This document shows positions 39,522 to 52,557 of a stretch of DNA of 64,000 nucleotides, in pieces (positions within the stretch are counted from its first letter, which is position 1; every line of letters begins with the position of its first letter). The translations under genes and the position numbers were made by a program. The stretch is from positions 124,001 through 188,000 of the IMG/VR virus record IMGVR_UViG_3300038361_000164. One strand, given 5' to 3'. The notes under the pieces were generated by a model that was given only the letters and a program-made list of their open reading frames with translations, was not told the origin of the DNA and ran no database searches.

Positions 39522-39983
39522 ATGAAGATAATTAGACCACTAAGTGACAGAATTAGAGAAGCTAAAGCTAAGCAAGCTAGAAATGCTAAGCGAAAGATGA
39601 AAAAGAATATTACACCAAAGGCAGTAGAGCCTGATGAGGTAAATTCCAGTTTCATTGTAAATAAACATGATTATGAATATAACCATTCCCTTATAGCCGA
39701 GTTGGATGGTGTAACTGTAGGTCTTAGTGATAAGATATCGGCTGTAGTAGATGGAGTGTGTCGTGGCGTAGGTACTTGAATGATTTTTCCACCAACAGGT
39801 GAAAAGCTATTTCTTATCACATTATACTCCAATGATGAGTTCGGAGAGATTGATTATTCGTTTCTTTATCGTAACTCTGAAGAAGACACAATATATGAAT
39901 TGGACGAAACATTACCTTTGGATAAAGCCAATATGATTGTAGGTCATCCATATAGACCGTTTCAATTAACAATTAAAGACTAG
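39522..39983 (+). CDS. Hypothetical protein, TGA(39777)=Trp fuses two track ORFs
   Basis: TGA immediately followed by in-frame ATG; no SD before 39780. Confidence 0.6.
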
Positions 39984-40027
39984 ATTTGAATTCGGAAGAA
40001 TAACAAACAAGGGAGGATGGGATTAGA

Positions 40028-40363
40028 ATGGTAGCAAACAGAGCTGGCAAGAATAAACAAGAATATCACTGGTGAACTCATGGGATTCAGGTGACAGCAG
40101 TAATAGTTTCGATAGTAATAGGATTAGTGGGATTTGCGAACAGTGCGTATGCGGTAAGTTATGGTGTAAAAGGAAACGCAGTAGCAATTGAGAAATTAAC
40201 AGAAAGAATAGAAACGAATGCGGAAGATATCGAACAGCTGAAGGAAGAAGATAACAAGATGAAGCTTGAGACATTGAAACAATTAAATCTTATTAGACTA
40301 TCTTTGACCGAAATAAAAGTTAAGATGGATATACCTATTTTACCCGAAACAGGAACAAATTAG
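40028..40363 (+). CDS. Holin/XhlA-like single-TM coiled-coil protein, TGA(40073)=Trp
   Basis: GGAGG upstream of ATG 40028; MVANRAGKNKQEYHW*THGIQVTAVIVSIVIGLVGFA then coiled coil. Confidence 0.55.
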
Positions 40364-40515
40364 AGTCTTTAAAGTATAAGATATATGATTAAACTCACAT
40401 TGGCTATGATTAAACTTCAAATATATAGAAATAACAGCTATTTAATATTATTAAACCATAGTTTGATCCTGGGTCACCGCAGTTAACAAATTTTAAACAA
40501 TCAATTATTTCTTAA

Positions 40516-40851
40516 ATGATGAAAAATTCACCTCCACTTTTAATAACTAAGAAAGCAGTAGCGGAGTGTAAAGCGCTCAAAATCCAAAACAAAATCAATA
40601 AATCACTAGTTTTGAACGTAAAAGCGACCGAAAATGAGCCTGGAGTAGTAGAATTCAACATATTCTTCGCTAAGAAAGATAAACACGATCATCGCTACAC
40701 AACTCACGGCTTACCTTTCGTACTCGACATGAACACAGCGCTTCAGTTGTGCGGTAGTAAGCTAGATTACACAGAATCAGAATTCGTCTTCACACATCAA
40801 GAGTATGCTGGTCACACACCACCAAATGTTGATGAAGTGATATGGAACTAA
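40516..40851 (+). CDS. HesB/IscA-like fold protein lacking Cys ligands
   Basis: ITKKAV...D..Y...GLPFVLD..TA..L.GSKLDY....FVF pattern. Confidence 0.5.
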   Translation: MMKNSPPLLITKKAVAECKALKIQNKINKSLVLNVKATENEPGVVEFNIFFAKKDKHDHRYTTHGLPFVLDMNTALQLCGSKLDYTESEFVFTHQEYAGHTPPNVDEVIWN

Positions 40852-40868
40852 TAACCAAATAAAAAAAA

Positions 40869-41129
40869 ATGGACACACAAATAAGCGCCATTGAGAGCAT
40901 TCCAACACTAATACCAACAATACCAGAAGAAAAGATTATCATCTATCTCCAAAATAAGGAAAATGCTGTAATAGGCGAGTTCTTTGAAGATGAGTATGGA
41001 ACACTTGACTTTAACGGAAAAGTAACAGATGCTGGCGGAGAGCTAGTGGAGTTCATACTAGAAAGCTTTCAAAATCGCATTAAAGAATTAGTGGAATCCG
41101 GGATTACCCGATTAACGAAGGATCCTTAA
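40869..41129 (+). CDS. Acidic hypothetical protein
   Basis: ORF track. Confidence 0.5.
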   Translation: MDTQISAIESIPTLIPTIPEEKIIIYLQNKENAVIGEFFEDEYGTLDFNGKVTDAGGELVEFILESFQNRIKELVESGITRLTKDP

Positions 41130-41195
41130 GGTAAAAAAAATAAATAGCAATTAAGTGCTAGTTAAGCACTATATCAGTACTCAACTAGCACTTAC

Positions 41196-41552
41196 TTACC
41201 GATTTAATCTCCAGTTCTGGAATTTCTCCCACAACCATTGTGCTCCCAATACTATAGAAGCTGCCAACATCACTGTTAGCATGAACCCAACTACCGTTGT
41301 TTCCATAATGATCTCCAATTAAGTATAGGAAGCGCTATTACAGCGCTCCCTATTAGTGACTGAGTGTTAGTCAGATGTGTTTGCTGCTTTCTTAGCCTTA
41401 CGAGCTTCATTCATCTCAACACCTTTATTCCAGGTGTATGTGCCAACTCTTTTAAGACCTTTACCAACCCAATAACCACCAGCAAGAATTCCTGCGGTTA
41501 GTAGATTGCTTCCAACTGCTTTACCATCGACTGAACCAAAAATATTCTTCAT
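41196..41552 (-). CDS. Two small membrane peptides (41196-41306, 36 aa; 41367-41552, 61 aa)
   Basis: GGAG SD sequences; downstream of promoter motif copy 5. Confidence 0.55.
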
Positions 41553-41619
41553 GTGTATCTCCTATTAAGGTTATGTGTATCAGTGCACGGCACGCCTTTG
41601 TGCTATACTACTGTACATC

Positions 41620-41630
41620 ATTCTTATACC
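41620..41630 (-). promoter_or_regulatory. GGTATAAGAAT motif (copy 5)
   Basis: Exact motif. Confidence 0.7.
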
Positions 41631-42016
41631 CTAAAATAGACGTAAAATAGTGGTAATGTCAGGTTAAAGCTGACCTTGGCACTATGAAAGGTACTTGTTT
41701 TAAACACGATCTTAAGTCATTGGGTCCTACTTCGACCCCCCACGGCGACCCTACCTCTCCGGCTGGTGTTTTGTATATATTATATTTTTTTTATTATTTT
41801 TTTTGAGCCCTATAGGGAACTTTTCTAGTATCGGTACGTTATAGAAGTATAGTTAAATAAATTTTATCATTATTTATTTGGTTAGTTGTTATTAAAAAAA
41901 TCCTCTTATTTTTCTAGGCACTTTCACTGGTGCCTAGTTTTTTTTAACCTAAAAAAATAATTAACCTAGAGAAAAGCGGTCGACCACCGCAATTCTCCTT
42001 TCTCACCGATTCAAAT

Positions 42017-42187
42017 CTAGTCTTCCCAAACTCCGTCCATATCGATGTCTAAAACGTTTTCACATTCACATCCATCTTCCGGGCAATCACATTCTTCATA
42101 ATTGTCATCACAAGTAGGACAGTCACATCCTTCACATTCACAATTTTCTTCACTTTCATAACATTCAAAACATTCCTTGTAACTCAT
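42017..42187 (-). CDS. Acidic Cys-rich 56-aa peptide (metallothionein-like)
   Basis: MSYKECFECYESEENCECEGCDCPTCDDNYEECDCPEDGCECENVLDIDMDGVWED; GAAAGGAAG upstream. Confidence 0.65.
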   Translation of the reverse strand: MSYKECFECYESEENCECEGCDCPTCDDNYEECDCPEDGCECENVLDIDMDGVWED

Positions 42188-42210
42188 ACTTCTTCCTTTC
42201 TTTCTTTCTT

Positions 42211-45200
42211 TTATTTTCCTAAAATCATGTCCAGTGTAGTCAGTAATATAGTATCGATGTTTGATAATTTATCCATAGATTTTCCCACTGATAAGGGTTC
42301 TTTTCTATATCTGTATAAATATGTTTTTACAGCAGTCGGACAATCTTCTGGAAGTATATCCGCACCGTGACAAAATACCCAATTGACATCTGAACGGCCC
42401 ATTTCACCCACCTCTACAAGATGGTGTCCACTATCATTGCTAGCAGCTGCTAAATGCTCTATAGGCATATATTCATCTTCACCCCAATGTTGTGTTTTAA
42501 AATCCAATAAGAATAGCTGAAACGGCCCAGGAAATCCATATCCAGTACATTCATAATCTTTGAATTTCGGCGGTCTTCCTATCATAAGCATTATCTCCTT
42601 TTATTTAAGAAAGCCGAGCTAGATCTCCAATAGAAACCCGTGCCCGACTCCCAAATCATCAGCTTTTATTTTATATTATATCTTTTATTTGATATGTAAT
42701 AGTTGTGTTTATTGGCATTTAACAACGCATAAAAACCTCCGTAGTTAATTATTTGTTCGCGTTATCGCAATTACTGTAGATAACTCTATACTATTCTTAT
42801 ACCATTTTTAACGTAAAAAAAGAGTTGGTACTAGGTGTAATACCCGCTCTTTTTTATTTTAATATGTCGGTTCTAACCTTTGCTTACTGCATAGGCTGGA
42901 CCTCCTTCCACCGCTATAACGGATTTTAAAAAGGATTTCATCATGAAGACTAAGTCATGTTTAATTTTTCTTTAAAACTATGTCAACTTTTTTACGTAGC
43001 CAATCCACCTGTTCGTCTATATTATCTAATCTTTCCAATAGCGAATCTTTCCATAATTTAGTCAAAGTAGAGTTGTTAGCACAGCTATCAGCAAAATGCG
43101 GCTTAACTATATCACATATATCAGCAATGTGGCCAAGACCAAAGTCTAACTCAACTGCTACTTCTTTTGAGACAGTTCCCGTATTCAATAATTCTGCTAT
43201 ATCTTTTTTTAGACCCATATAAGTGATTTCCAAAATAATTGTGTAGGCCTCTACTAAATTCATTTTTTGACGTTCAGTAAGTTCAGTAAGTTTCATACTT
43301 TTTCCTTTTCTTTCATTAATTGTAAAATTTTTGTACTAATTCGTCAAGTTCACTACGAGTTAAACTAAATGTAAGAATCACGTCCTTACAAGGTTCATAA
43401 CTACTAGTGCTATTTTTCTTTAATTTCATAGTCTGTGTTAATTGAATTTGTATACTTAGGTCTCTTAGATAATATGCTTGAAGATTTCCGGAGACTATAG
43501 TATCACCAAAACCTCTAGACATTAGCCAGAATCTCAAGTCAGGATCAAAGTGCACATGGACAACGTGAGTATGGTCAGGATTACCTGTTAAAATCTTTAA
43601 CACTACTTCTTTAAAAGCTCTAGTGCTTATATCAATGTATGGACGTGTGTCCATCCTCAAGAATTGACCATTATCTATCCAAGCGATAAAGTGTTTTATC
43701 ATATGTTTCCTTTCTAATTATTTATAAATGTTTTTCATCTCTACTGTTCTTATACCATTTTTAACTTAAAAAAAGGGATACGAATACCCCTTTTAATATC
43801 TAAAACAATAGGTTATTTTTTCTCTCAACTAACTTTATCGCTAGTCACATATTCCGGAGGCAAGCCCATAGCAAGTTCCATATCATCTTGCACTTTCTCT
43901 CCCTCTTTTATCGTTTTCTTCAATTTAATGAGTCTAGGTTCCGGCGGATATATTCCAGCATGATCAGGATGTATTTGTGCACATCTTCTCACTTCCATAG
44001 TGACAGGATTTAGCAAAGGTTTGAAATCTACGTGTAGTGTCCCCATTCTATCCCACTGAGCTATCTTACCTAACAACTTAGCACAACCTAAACAAAACAT
44101 AATATTTTGCCCACGGTTTCTCGTTGAGTAAGTATAAATGAGAGCATCTACATCTTTTTTCAACTTCGTGTCACAGCCTCTACAGAAGCAATCCCTTTTC
44201 GCAAGTCTTTTCGTAAACTCCCCACTCATGGGTTACCTTCCTCAACATAATTACAACCAGCCTCAACACATCTTCTTGGATGTGGTTGATCCATACTTTT
44301 ACTGAAACAATGCACATGATCTTCAAGTATGCGTATAAACCCTCCGTCAAGCTCATGTGGAGGATCTTTGATAGGTTCGTCAGCTAGAAGCGCACCAACA
44401 TCTCCATTAGTAACTGCGTAACTCAGCATATCAAAGCGCGTCCGTATTTTGACTAACGCAGCTCTTAACTGCATTATATGATTGTATGCCGCATCATCTA
44501 TTGTATGTTCATTTCCATTTATTTTAATCTTCTTCATTATTTCTCCTCTTGCATAATAAAATGAGTTTCCACTGCTATACTTAGATAACCCTTGTCCACT
44601 TTCACATCCATTTTGTCAACACTGTCATTTAAAGCGGCAATTATATCTTCATGGAGTTTCTTATGCAGTTGTTCTGGATCATACTTTCCAAATCTAATGT
44701 CACACTCATTGCGTAACACTACGCTTTTTATTGTTTTCTTCATTTGATTTCCTCCATAACTTCTCCGTCTCTTAAAGCTTTAACCTTATCAATAGTCTCA
44801 ATAAGATCCTGTTTCCATTTCTTATAGGCTTTCACCAAACCAATTACCGCTCCTTCCATGTCAAAGTCTCCAAACATCCAACTAGCGAGTATTACAGCCA
44901 AAGTAAATCCACCCAGTATACCACCCATTACTAAAGGAAATAATAAAACGAATAAACCATGTTTTATTCCAAATATTAAACTTACCAGTGTAAAAAGCAC
45001 AGACAAAACAGCTATTAACTTTGTTACCTAAGAACTATCTACTATAGTCCATATTATTTTTAATGTATTATTCATAACACTCCTTTTTTTACTTTTGTCT
45101 AATATCGTTTTGAATTGTTCTTTGTTCGACTTTGTTACAAATATCACAAGCTCTTTGTTGTGTTACCCACGTTCCAATCTCTTTATCTTCCACGTTTTCA

Positions 45201-46240
45201 TATTTATAATTACCTTTCATAACTTCACCTTCTCCAATAATTTCCCACCGGCTCAGAGAGTGAAGTCCAACGCTACATAAAAAATTTGTTAAATCAAACA
45301 TCTATCTATACTCAACAATAATTCTATCAACACTTTTAGGTATCTTCCCAACCTGAATTACTTCACGATCTTCATGATCTGTAACCATACAGTCATCCAG
45401 GGATATCTCAACCCCGTCCTTGATATAACCCAATATGCAATCCTCCGAAATATCTTCTAGATCATCTCCTGCAACCTTACCTTTGAAAAACTCGCTGGTC
45501 TCTTTTGGGTACGATAATCCATTCTCGATACAGAACTTTACAGCTCCATAATGTTTCTTAAACTCTTCACTGTCTTTACTAGCAAACGCTGTTACGCTAA
45601 TACTACATGACATATTAATTCTCCTACGTTAGTGTTTTCATTACATTGTTATTAATTAAGTTTTTTAATTCCCAAGATCTTAACATTTTCCCTTGAGATA
45701 TTCCTTGTTCATATGCTTTTTGATACATTATTTCCAAAATATTTTTTATTTTGGCATTTCTTGGAATTGTCAGTAGGGTATCTGTGACATTATACCAATA
45801 ATCATCTGGGTTTGTTATAGTTTTGTATGCAACTAGCCCTAACTTAAGTAATTGCTTATCAGTCATGGTAGCACCACCAGTATTGAATTACCATCATCCT
45901 CAGCCACTAGTGGTTTTTCAAAATACTCAGGATATTCTTTTACAAATACATCAAACCCTTTTTCTTCATATCCAATTAAATCACTGGTTATTGCAATCCA
46001 TTTAAGCCCTTTGATCTTGCACCACTCTGCTATTGTTTTCACTTCCGAGTCTTTTATTCCACAATCCCCTACAATCAGCTCATCTATTAAGACCGACTCA
46101 TCTACACTTTCAGTTACATACATTCCTTTGTCAGAAGCATCCTGTTCGAGAATAGGTAATAGTTTATTGTATAACTCTTCACCATCAATAATTGCTACTA
46201 GTTCAGCATGATTCATACTTTCGTAAAAAACCTTAATCAT
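42211..46240 (-). CDS. Cluster of small hypothetical proteins (42211-42591, 42961-43296, 43316-43702, 43825-44229, 44226-44537, 44537-44743, 44740-45006, 45089-45301, 45302-45613, 45624-45866, 45863-46240)
   Basis: ORF track; SD sequences; several ATGA overlaps. Confidence 0.55.
42793..42803 (-). promoter_or_regulatory. GGTATAAGAAT motif (copy 6)
   Basis: Exact motif, immediately after a terminator hairpin (about 42815-42856). Confidence 0.7.
43746..43756 (-). promoter_or_regulatory. GGTATAAGAAC motif (copy 7, variant)
   Basis: One mismatch; follows terminator hairpin at about 43768-43795. Confidence 0.65.
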
Positions 46241-46259
46241 AATACTTTTTCCTTTTTAT

Positions 46260-46790
46260 TTATATTTGTTCACTCGTATTACTTTTTACCCGTCTTCGAC
46301 GAGCACTAATTTCTGCAAGACTTAATCTTCTACGATTAGGATTTTTCCATTCTTCGTCCGGCTCATCACAGACACTTAAAAAAGCAACAATTTCCATCCA
46401 TTCGTCTGGGACGAATCCAGCTTTATCATCCAAGTATATGTCGAAATAAGGCTTGGACTCATAATAGCCAAAGTCCTCATATGAACGTATTTCCGGATTC
46501 TCATTTAGATAATCAAAGAAGATCTCATCTTCTTCTAATATTTTAATATATTCCATTATTTGATCTGGATAGGAGGAGGTATGTAATATAAGCCTAATGT
46601 CGTCTCGCTGACTCAGCATTTGTAAAGCAGTGCGTGCAAAAGTATTAACAAACTTCAATTCCAATTTATCTAAATCATAATTAGGATGACAAATCACCCC
46701 ATGAATGTCAATCATCCAATAACTTTCATACCAATGATTCTTCATCTGCTTGGCATACTGTTTAGTAATTACATCAATTATTTGTCCCAT
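46260..46790 (-). CDS. HAD-superfamily hydrolase-like protein
   Basis: IDIHGVI, LILHTS, NENP, KPYFDIYLDDKAGF. Confidence 0.7.
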   Translation of the reverse strand: MGQIIDVITKQYAKQMKNHWYESYWMIDIHGVICHPNYDLDKLELKFVNTFARTALQMLSQRDDIRLILHTSSYPDQIMEYIKILEEDEIFFDYLNENPEIRSYEDFGYYESKPYFDIYLDDKAGFVPDEWMEIVAFLSVCDEPDEEWKNPNRRRLSLAEISARRRRVKSNTSEQI

Positions 46791-46792
46791 TA

Positions 46793-49700
46793 TTACTCCT
46801 TTCTTTTACCGTAAAATTCTTCTTCCATGTCGGTACCAACTTCTGACCAAGCCCCAAAAGTTTCATACCATTCTGGGTAACTGGCTTTCCTGTTACCTAA
46901 CATATTCATGTTAACAACAAAGTGCCCTAAATCATCCAATATTTTTTCGAAAAAGGATTCAACGCTTAATAAAGTTTGTTCTTCATCAATTGCTTGATCG
47001 GTTAATACTGGTTTTTTACTCATTTCCCTGTTCTCCTTTGTAGACTCAATACTTTTAGTTTTTTTAATACACTTATCACAATAGTAACGAATTCCGGCAG
47101 AAGTCTCAGCACGGTTCAAGTACTTATGTTCATTGGGTTTACCCCAGTTCTTGTCCTCACCAGCCACACCATAACAACTATCACACAGAACTTCAAATGT
47201 TTTTATCTCTCTATATGTCATCTAGCCTCTCCTTTGCTTCTTGCTCTGTACTACATAAAGTTTCATAACAACTTTGCAAAGCACGAATTACGTGAGGTAT
47301 CTCAACTTTGTCGATCATGACTAGGTGAATTTCTTTATCCTCATCCAATTCTTCTATCTCTACCGCCTCGTCTATGGTTCTGATAGTTATGTTTGCACCT
47401 AGTTCACCATACCAGAAGGTAAACTTCTCATCTCTATGATATTTTTCCATTATCTACCTCGAAACTCAGGTGTGTGAACCATACGAGTATCTGATGGGAA
47501 GACTTTATAATAATCTCCATCAACATAAGCAGACTGACATGTGCCACCTAGGGTTTTTTTATTCCACATAGCGTCGGCGTCTTCTTTTGTTAAACCATCC
47601 TCAATATCTATCCAACCGTCGAACATATCATATAATCTCAGTACAAAGGTCTCACCTTTATTCACTTCATTTACTCCATCCACTTCGTCCGCTTCATTTA
47701 TTTTTTCATAGTTGTGAGAGACTATTATATTAGCAATTTCATCGAGTAAAGCAGCTTTTTCCGCATCGCTTACCTTTTTCGGCCGGTATAGTGTACCGCC
47801 CGTCCTCAAGTCATTTTTTAATGAAAAGTTCTTACACATCGTCTGTATTTAACTTCGCAACTTTATCAGTAAAATCATCGACTGCGGTATCTGCTACTTG
47901 TTTTGCGTAATTATTTAAACGTGCCGGCGGTTCCAGCGGTCCAGTATCTTGTGGATTTGAAAGAATCACTGCTTGATACGTCTCTCTCCAAACTTCTAAT
48001 AAGTCTCGTTCTTGTATTTCCATTTTATTCCTTTTAATTTACTAATTTTTTTCGATGCTTTCTTACTAACAAAGTCTTTTTCCATATCTCATTTCCTTTT
48101 TATGAAGTTAAAAAAAAGCCCCCCACAATGAAGGGGAGCTTTTCTAATTTACCATAAATTGTCTCTGCTTCGAAACCATCTACAACTGCTAATACAATTA
48201 ACAGATTGCAAACAGCGTTTCAGTTCACATTGATACCAGTAGCATTTTTTACATGGCTTTTCGGCATATCCAGCCCATAAAATACCACCAGCAACAAGAC
48301 AGCATCCAACTACAAAAGTAACAACTATCATGTTTTTTTACTCCTTCTCGTTCTCCATTTGTGAAACCATATCCACCCGTGATAGGCGAAGAAAACTATC
48401 CATACAATGTATACAACGGTTGCTATCATTTTATTTCTTCCACCAGATCTGAACAGCAGTTTCCCACTCTTCCATGACATCTTCCATGTCCTTACCATGC
48501 CAGATCCATATGCCGAGACCGACTAATGCCAGTACAACTGTGCCAAGACCTATTACTACTAGAATAAGCCATAGTATTGAATAGGCTATCTTGACAACAA
48601 AGAGTACAAACCAGCCAATCAACAAGAGTAACAATCCAATAACTATTCTTCCCGCCAAAGGCGCTTCATATAATGTATTAAACATTTTCATTCCTTTCTT
48701 TTTAATTAAGTGTTATCTACTATTCTTATACCAAATTACAGAGATTTGAACTTGTTTATACTATCGAAGATCCCGTTACCAAATTTTTCGAAGCCATCGC
48801 TTCTAACAAAACTTGGTCTGTGTTTTCTAAAACATTTCCAAATATTTTTACCGGTTTTTTCGGCATCAGCTAGATCGATACATAGTTTAAATTCTTTTAG
48901 TTCCTGCAATGAAAACGGCCAAACACCGCCACCCCACTTTATGTTATTCTGAAGTGCGTAGTTGAGTGCTAATAAGTTTGTCATTTCGCTATCCTTCATT
49001 ACTTCTCCTTACTTATAGTCAGTACCATTGACTCGATTGATTTCCGCCAACAACTCTTTGCGAGTCGGGTGCGTCACATTGAACCAGTGATTTTCCGGGT
49101 TCTGTATCAAGGTACTCAAAGCATCGTTAAAATATCTAAAGGATTCAACTACTATCATTGTCTTTTTGTTATACACTATGTAGTAATGCCTAAGATCATC
49201 TGCCTCATACTGTTTCTTCCGTATAGCAGCTCGTATCTTTTTCAACTTCGCTTCAACATGTTCGAACGCCCTGTGAAAAGCATAAGGATCGCTGCGCCCA
49301 TGACGCACTTTAAAAATACTTTCACCAGAGTGCATTGCAGCATCAATTGCCGCTTCGTCATCCACATTATCTTCGGTTATCCCAAAAATACGTTCTAACG
49401 TATTACGCTGCCAATCCAATTCCTCAAAATACTTTTCAAAAGCATCTTTAGAAGGACTCAGCACCGCTCCAACCCTTCCAGCCGCATAAGCTTTTTGGAC
49501 TTCCTCTTTCATACTCTTAAGTATCAAAGTGGTCATCTCATGTAACTCATCAACTGGAAAAGCGTTTGCAAGCATAGTTACAAAGCGTGTTCTTTCTTCT
49601 TGATTCATGATTATTCTCTCATTTCTTCATCGCTAAATACTAGATTAGCGTGAATTTCACGTCCATCAGATAAAACAAATACTTCTTTAACCAAAGAGAA

Positions 49701-50609
49701 ATCTACAATTGTAAGAGTCTCGTTATCAATTACATAAGTAGTTCCTAGCTTTGTTTCAAATTTAACTGTGTAATCTTCAAATGCTTCAACGCTTGTATGT
49801 ATGTTATTTGTTAGTAGAGACAGACACGCAAGCATCAGTACTGCCACAAGTATTATTGTTGTTTTTGTCTTCATTTTTATTCCTTTATGTTTATGTTTAT
49901 GTTTATGTTTACCTAAACCAAATCACAAGTGTAACATGTGTCATGGACACCTCTAAATTCGAAAGTGGGTCCTCCACATTTCTCACAGGTATATAACTAC
50001 GAGTGTCTCTGACATATTTTCTCCTTTATTAAGGTGTTGTATCAATAAGGTTTTCCATTTCTCCTAAATAGGAAACGAAGTTTGCACCAATCATTTTACA
50101 GCTCTTGGCTTTACACCAAATGTTAAAGTTATCCATAAGCTCTATACAGGTGTCCTCCTCATAACAAGTCAACACCTCTATTAATTCTATTAACTGCCCA
50201 TTCATTTGTTTTCTTCCTTTTCTTTTTTATTTTCTTTTATTCTAAATTTTAATGGTGTTATGAAATCAGCACCAAGATCATCAGGTTTTAGGTATCTTAA
50301 TTTTCTACTAAGAATATCTACAACCTTACGAGCAGTGATTTTCTCATCACGTTCCAAGGGAGTATAATAATATGGGTTTATAACCTCACCAAGCATATTA
50401 GCAAGAGTGGGTTTAACATATTGTTCACAAAGCCTAGACAACACATTTACAAGATGTCTATTGCCTACCTCATCAAAAGGTAGGGCGCAATAACGACTAT
50501 AAACACGTTTAAGCAAGTTATAGGAGTTATCCTTTTTTGTTGCTCGTATAAAGAGCATATCTGTTTTAGTCATTTCAATCCTTTCTAATTTATAAAAATC
50601 ATCCGCCAA
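46793..50609 (-). CDS. Cluster of hypothetical proteins (46793-47221, 47211-47450, 47450-47839, 47832-48023, 48149-48331, 48431-48691, 48736-48999, 49009-49608, 49611-49874, 50202-50609)
   Basis: ORF track; co-oriented. Confidence 0.5.
48722..48732 (-). promoter_or_regulatory. GGTATAAGAAT motif (copy 8)
   Basis: Exact motif. Confidence 0.7.
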
Positions 50610-50648
50610 TACCTCGCCAAAATGGCGAGATACTGACGGGAAAATGCT

Positions 50649-50924
50649 CTAGTCCAGTTCCTCTGGAATGGTAATTACCATATCGTTTTCCTCTCCAATA
50701 GTCATCCAGCCTGTTACCATACCTACAGGAGGAACAAGACCAACTATTCTAATAACTTCAGTTTTATATGGAGGCTCAAAATCGAGATTTGATAATTTAA
50801 CAATGTTCCTTACCCATCCAAAGCCTATACCTAATACAAGTATAGCACCTACTACGAGGATTATTAATAATTCAAGTAAGGTGAATCCCTTTGTATTTTT
50901 CATTTTGTTTATTCCTTTACTCAT
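50649..50924 (-). CDS. Prepilin-type N-terminal cleavage/methylation domain protein
   Basis: KGFTLLELLIILVVGAILVLG. Confidence 0.8.
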   Translation of the reverse strand: MSKGINKMKNTKGFTLLELLIILVVGAILVLGIGFGWVRNIVKLSNLDFEPPYKTEVIRIVGLVPPVGMVTGWMTIGEENDMVITIPEELD

Positions 50925-50968
50925 TTGTGAAAATATAACGCGCTCCGCGCATTGTTTATTTTTTTAGT

Positions 50969-52557
50969 TTACAACACTATAACTCTATATGATTTGACAT
51001 AAAAAGCCAAGGTTCGGCTATTATACATCTCCCCACGGGTTAAAGTATATGCCGGGTTTCGGTCTGTTGATTTGTAAGCCCGTAGATAATATACCTCTTG
51101 CTCTGCAACAGGAGATTTTATCATTAACCTCTCTCCTTTCAACCACAAGTTTTCAGCGGTTGGAGGAAGCGTTGTTTGGTAAGATACTGTATCCGTCTCA
51201 CCAAATCGATCATGTATTTCAACAAATACAATTTGTGACGGCATTTCCATTACCAACATTTCTTCTACTGACATAGGCACTGGAAACGCGAGTTCTATTA
51301 CAATAAATGCCGCCCATAAGCCGGCACATATCATAAGTGTTTTTTTCCACGAAATGGGTTTATCCATTTTATTCCTTTCTGTTAATAAGCTCTTTTTATT
51401 TGATTGCTGTTAATTACAAAGTGTAATTTAGTAATTTCATCATAAAGCATCATATCTCTTTTTACAAGAAAAATTCCTCCAAACTCACCAACACCTTCAA
51501 AGCTGTGAAAGCGTCCAATTTCTGCAATTAAGTATTTTACTCTAACAGGCATTTCATCAAACTTTTGTTTAACTTCGCCTTTTCGTGATTTATTTATCTC
51601 AAAATACCCGTCCCACCCAATAACATTAATCCAATCACCAACCTTAAGAGGGGGCTCATCACCTATAATAGTATATATGTTGAAATCTACTTGTATTTCT
51701 GCTGGAAGATGTCTAAAAAGTAATCCACGTACCTTTACAGTATCTACAATAGGGGCACCCTCTTCAAGCATGTGTAAAGTAAAATCTCGCGCTCCCTCTT
51801 CCCAACTATCAAATTGACAGATCGGAAGTGAAGAGTACGTGTGACTAATACTTATTCCAGTTGGACTGTGAGTTGCTGTAACTTTAAACATAGTAATTGC
51901 CTCCTGTATTTAACCAGTCCATACTCAAATCCCTCTTTACCCAGATAAAAGCACCTGTGAGTACAGCAGCACTACTAGCTGCCCAAATCAGTACTAATAT
52001 CGCGTCTACTGTAGAATTAATGACTATTAAACCAAACACTAACCAAAAGACTAACCATGTCAGAGCAACATACAATCCCGTAAAGAATATGATTCCATAA
52101 ATCTTACTTATCCCTAATACTTTAACCAATCCTACCCAACTACTACTTACATTGAGCACACTTATGCCCACAATAAGAATAGTGAATACAACAGGACATA
52201 TTGCTAGTGTCAAAAACCAAGGACCAGAATATCCAAGCAAGTAGCAAAGAATTGGAGCGAAAATGCTACTCACATACAGAACAGTTTTTGTTACTAAAGA
52301 TGAGAACTGTAATACAGTCATATTCATTAGTTATTTCCTTTCTGATGATTTCTCTTTTTATTTTTTTTATCACCTTCTTTAGGACCAGTTTTCGGGGTCT
52401 GCACATTAGCAGCCGCAGGTGGAGTAAATGATGTTTTAGTAATTTTTCCACCTTCTTCTCTAGTTACAAAGTAACCACGTCTTCGTGCTTTACTAACTTG
52501 ACGTCCAGTTATTCCAAACTTCTCACCAAGTTCTTTATTAGTTTCTCTTGCGCTCAT
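50969..52557 (-). CDS. Four hypothetical proteins (50969-51367, 51382-51891, 51884-52327 multi-TM, 52327-52557)
   Basis: ORF track. Confidence 0.5.

Noticed and set aside
41700-41990. GC-rich patch (GACCCCCCACGGCGACCC) followed by AT-rich tract as a genome end or pac site
   Set aside because: Suggestive only; needs read-coverage or terminus data that are not available
49884-49910. (TTTATG)4 microsatellite
   Set aside because: Short intergenic slippage repeat with no evident function
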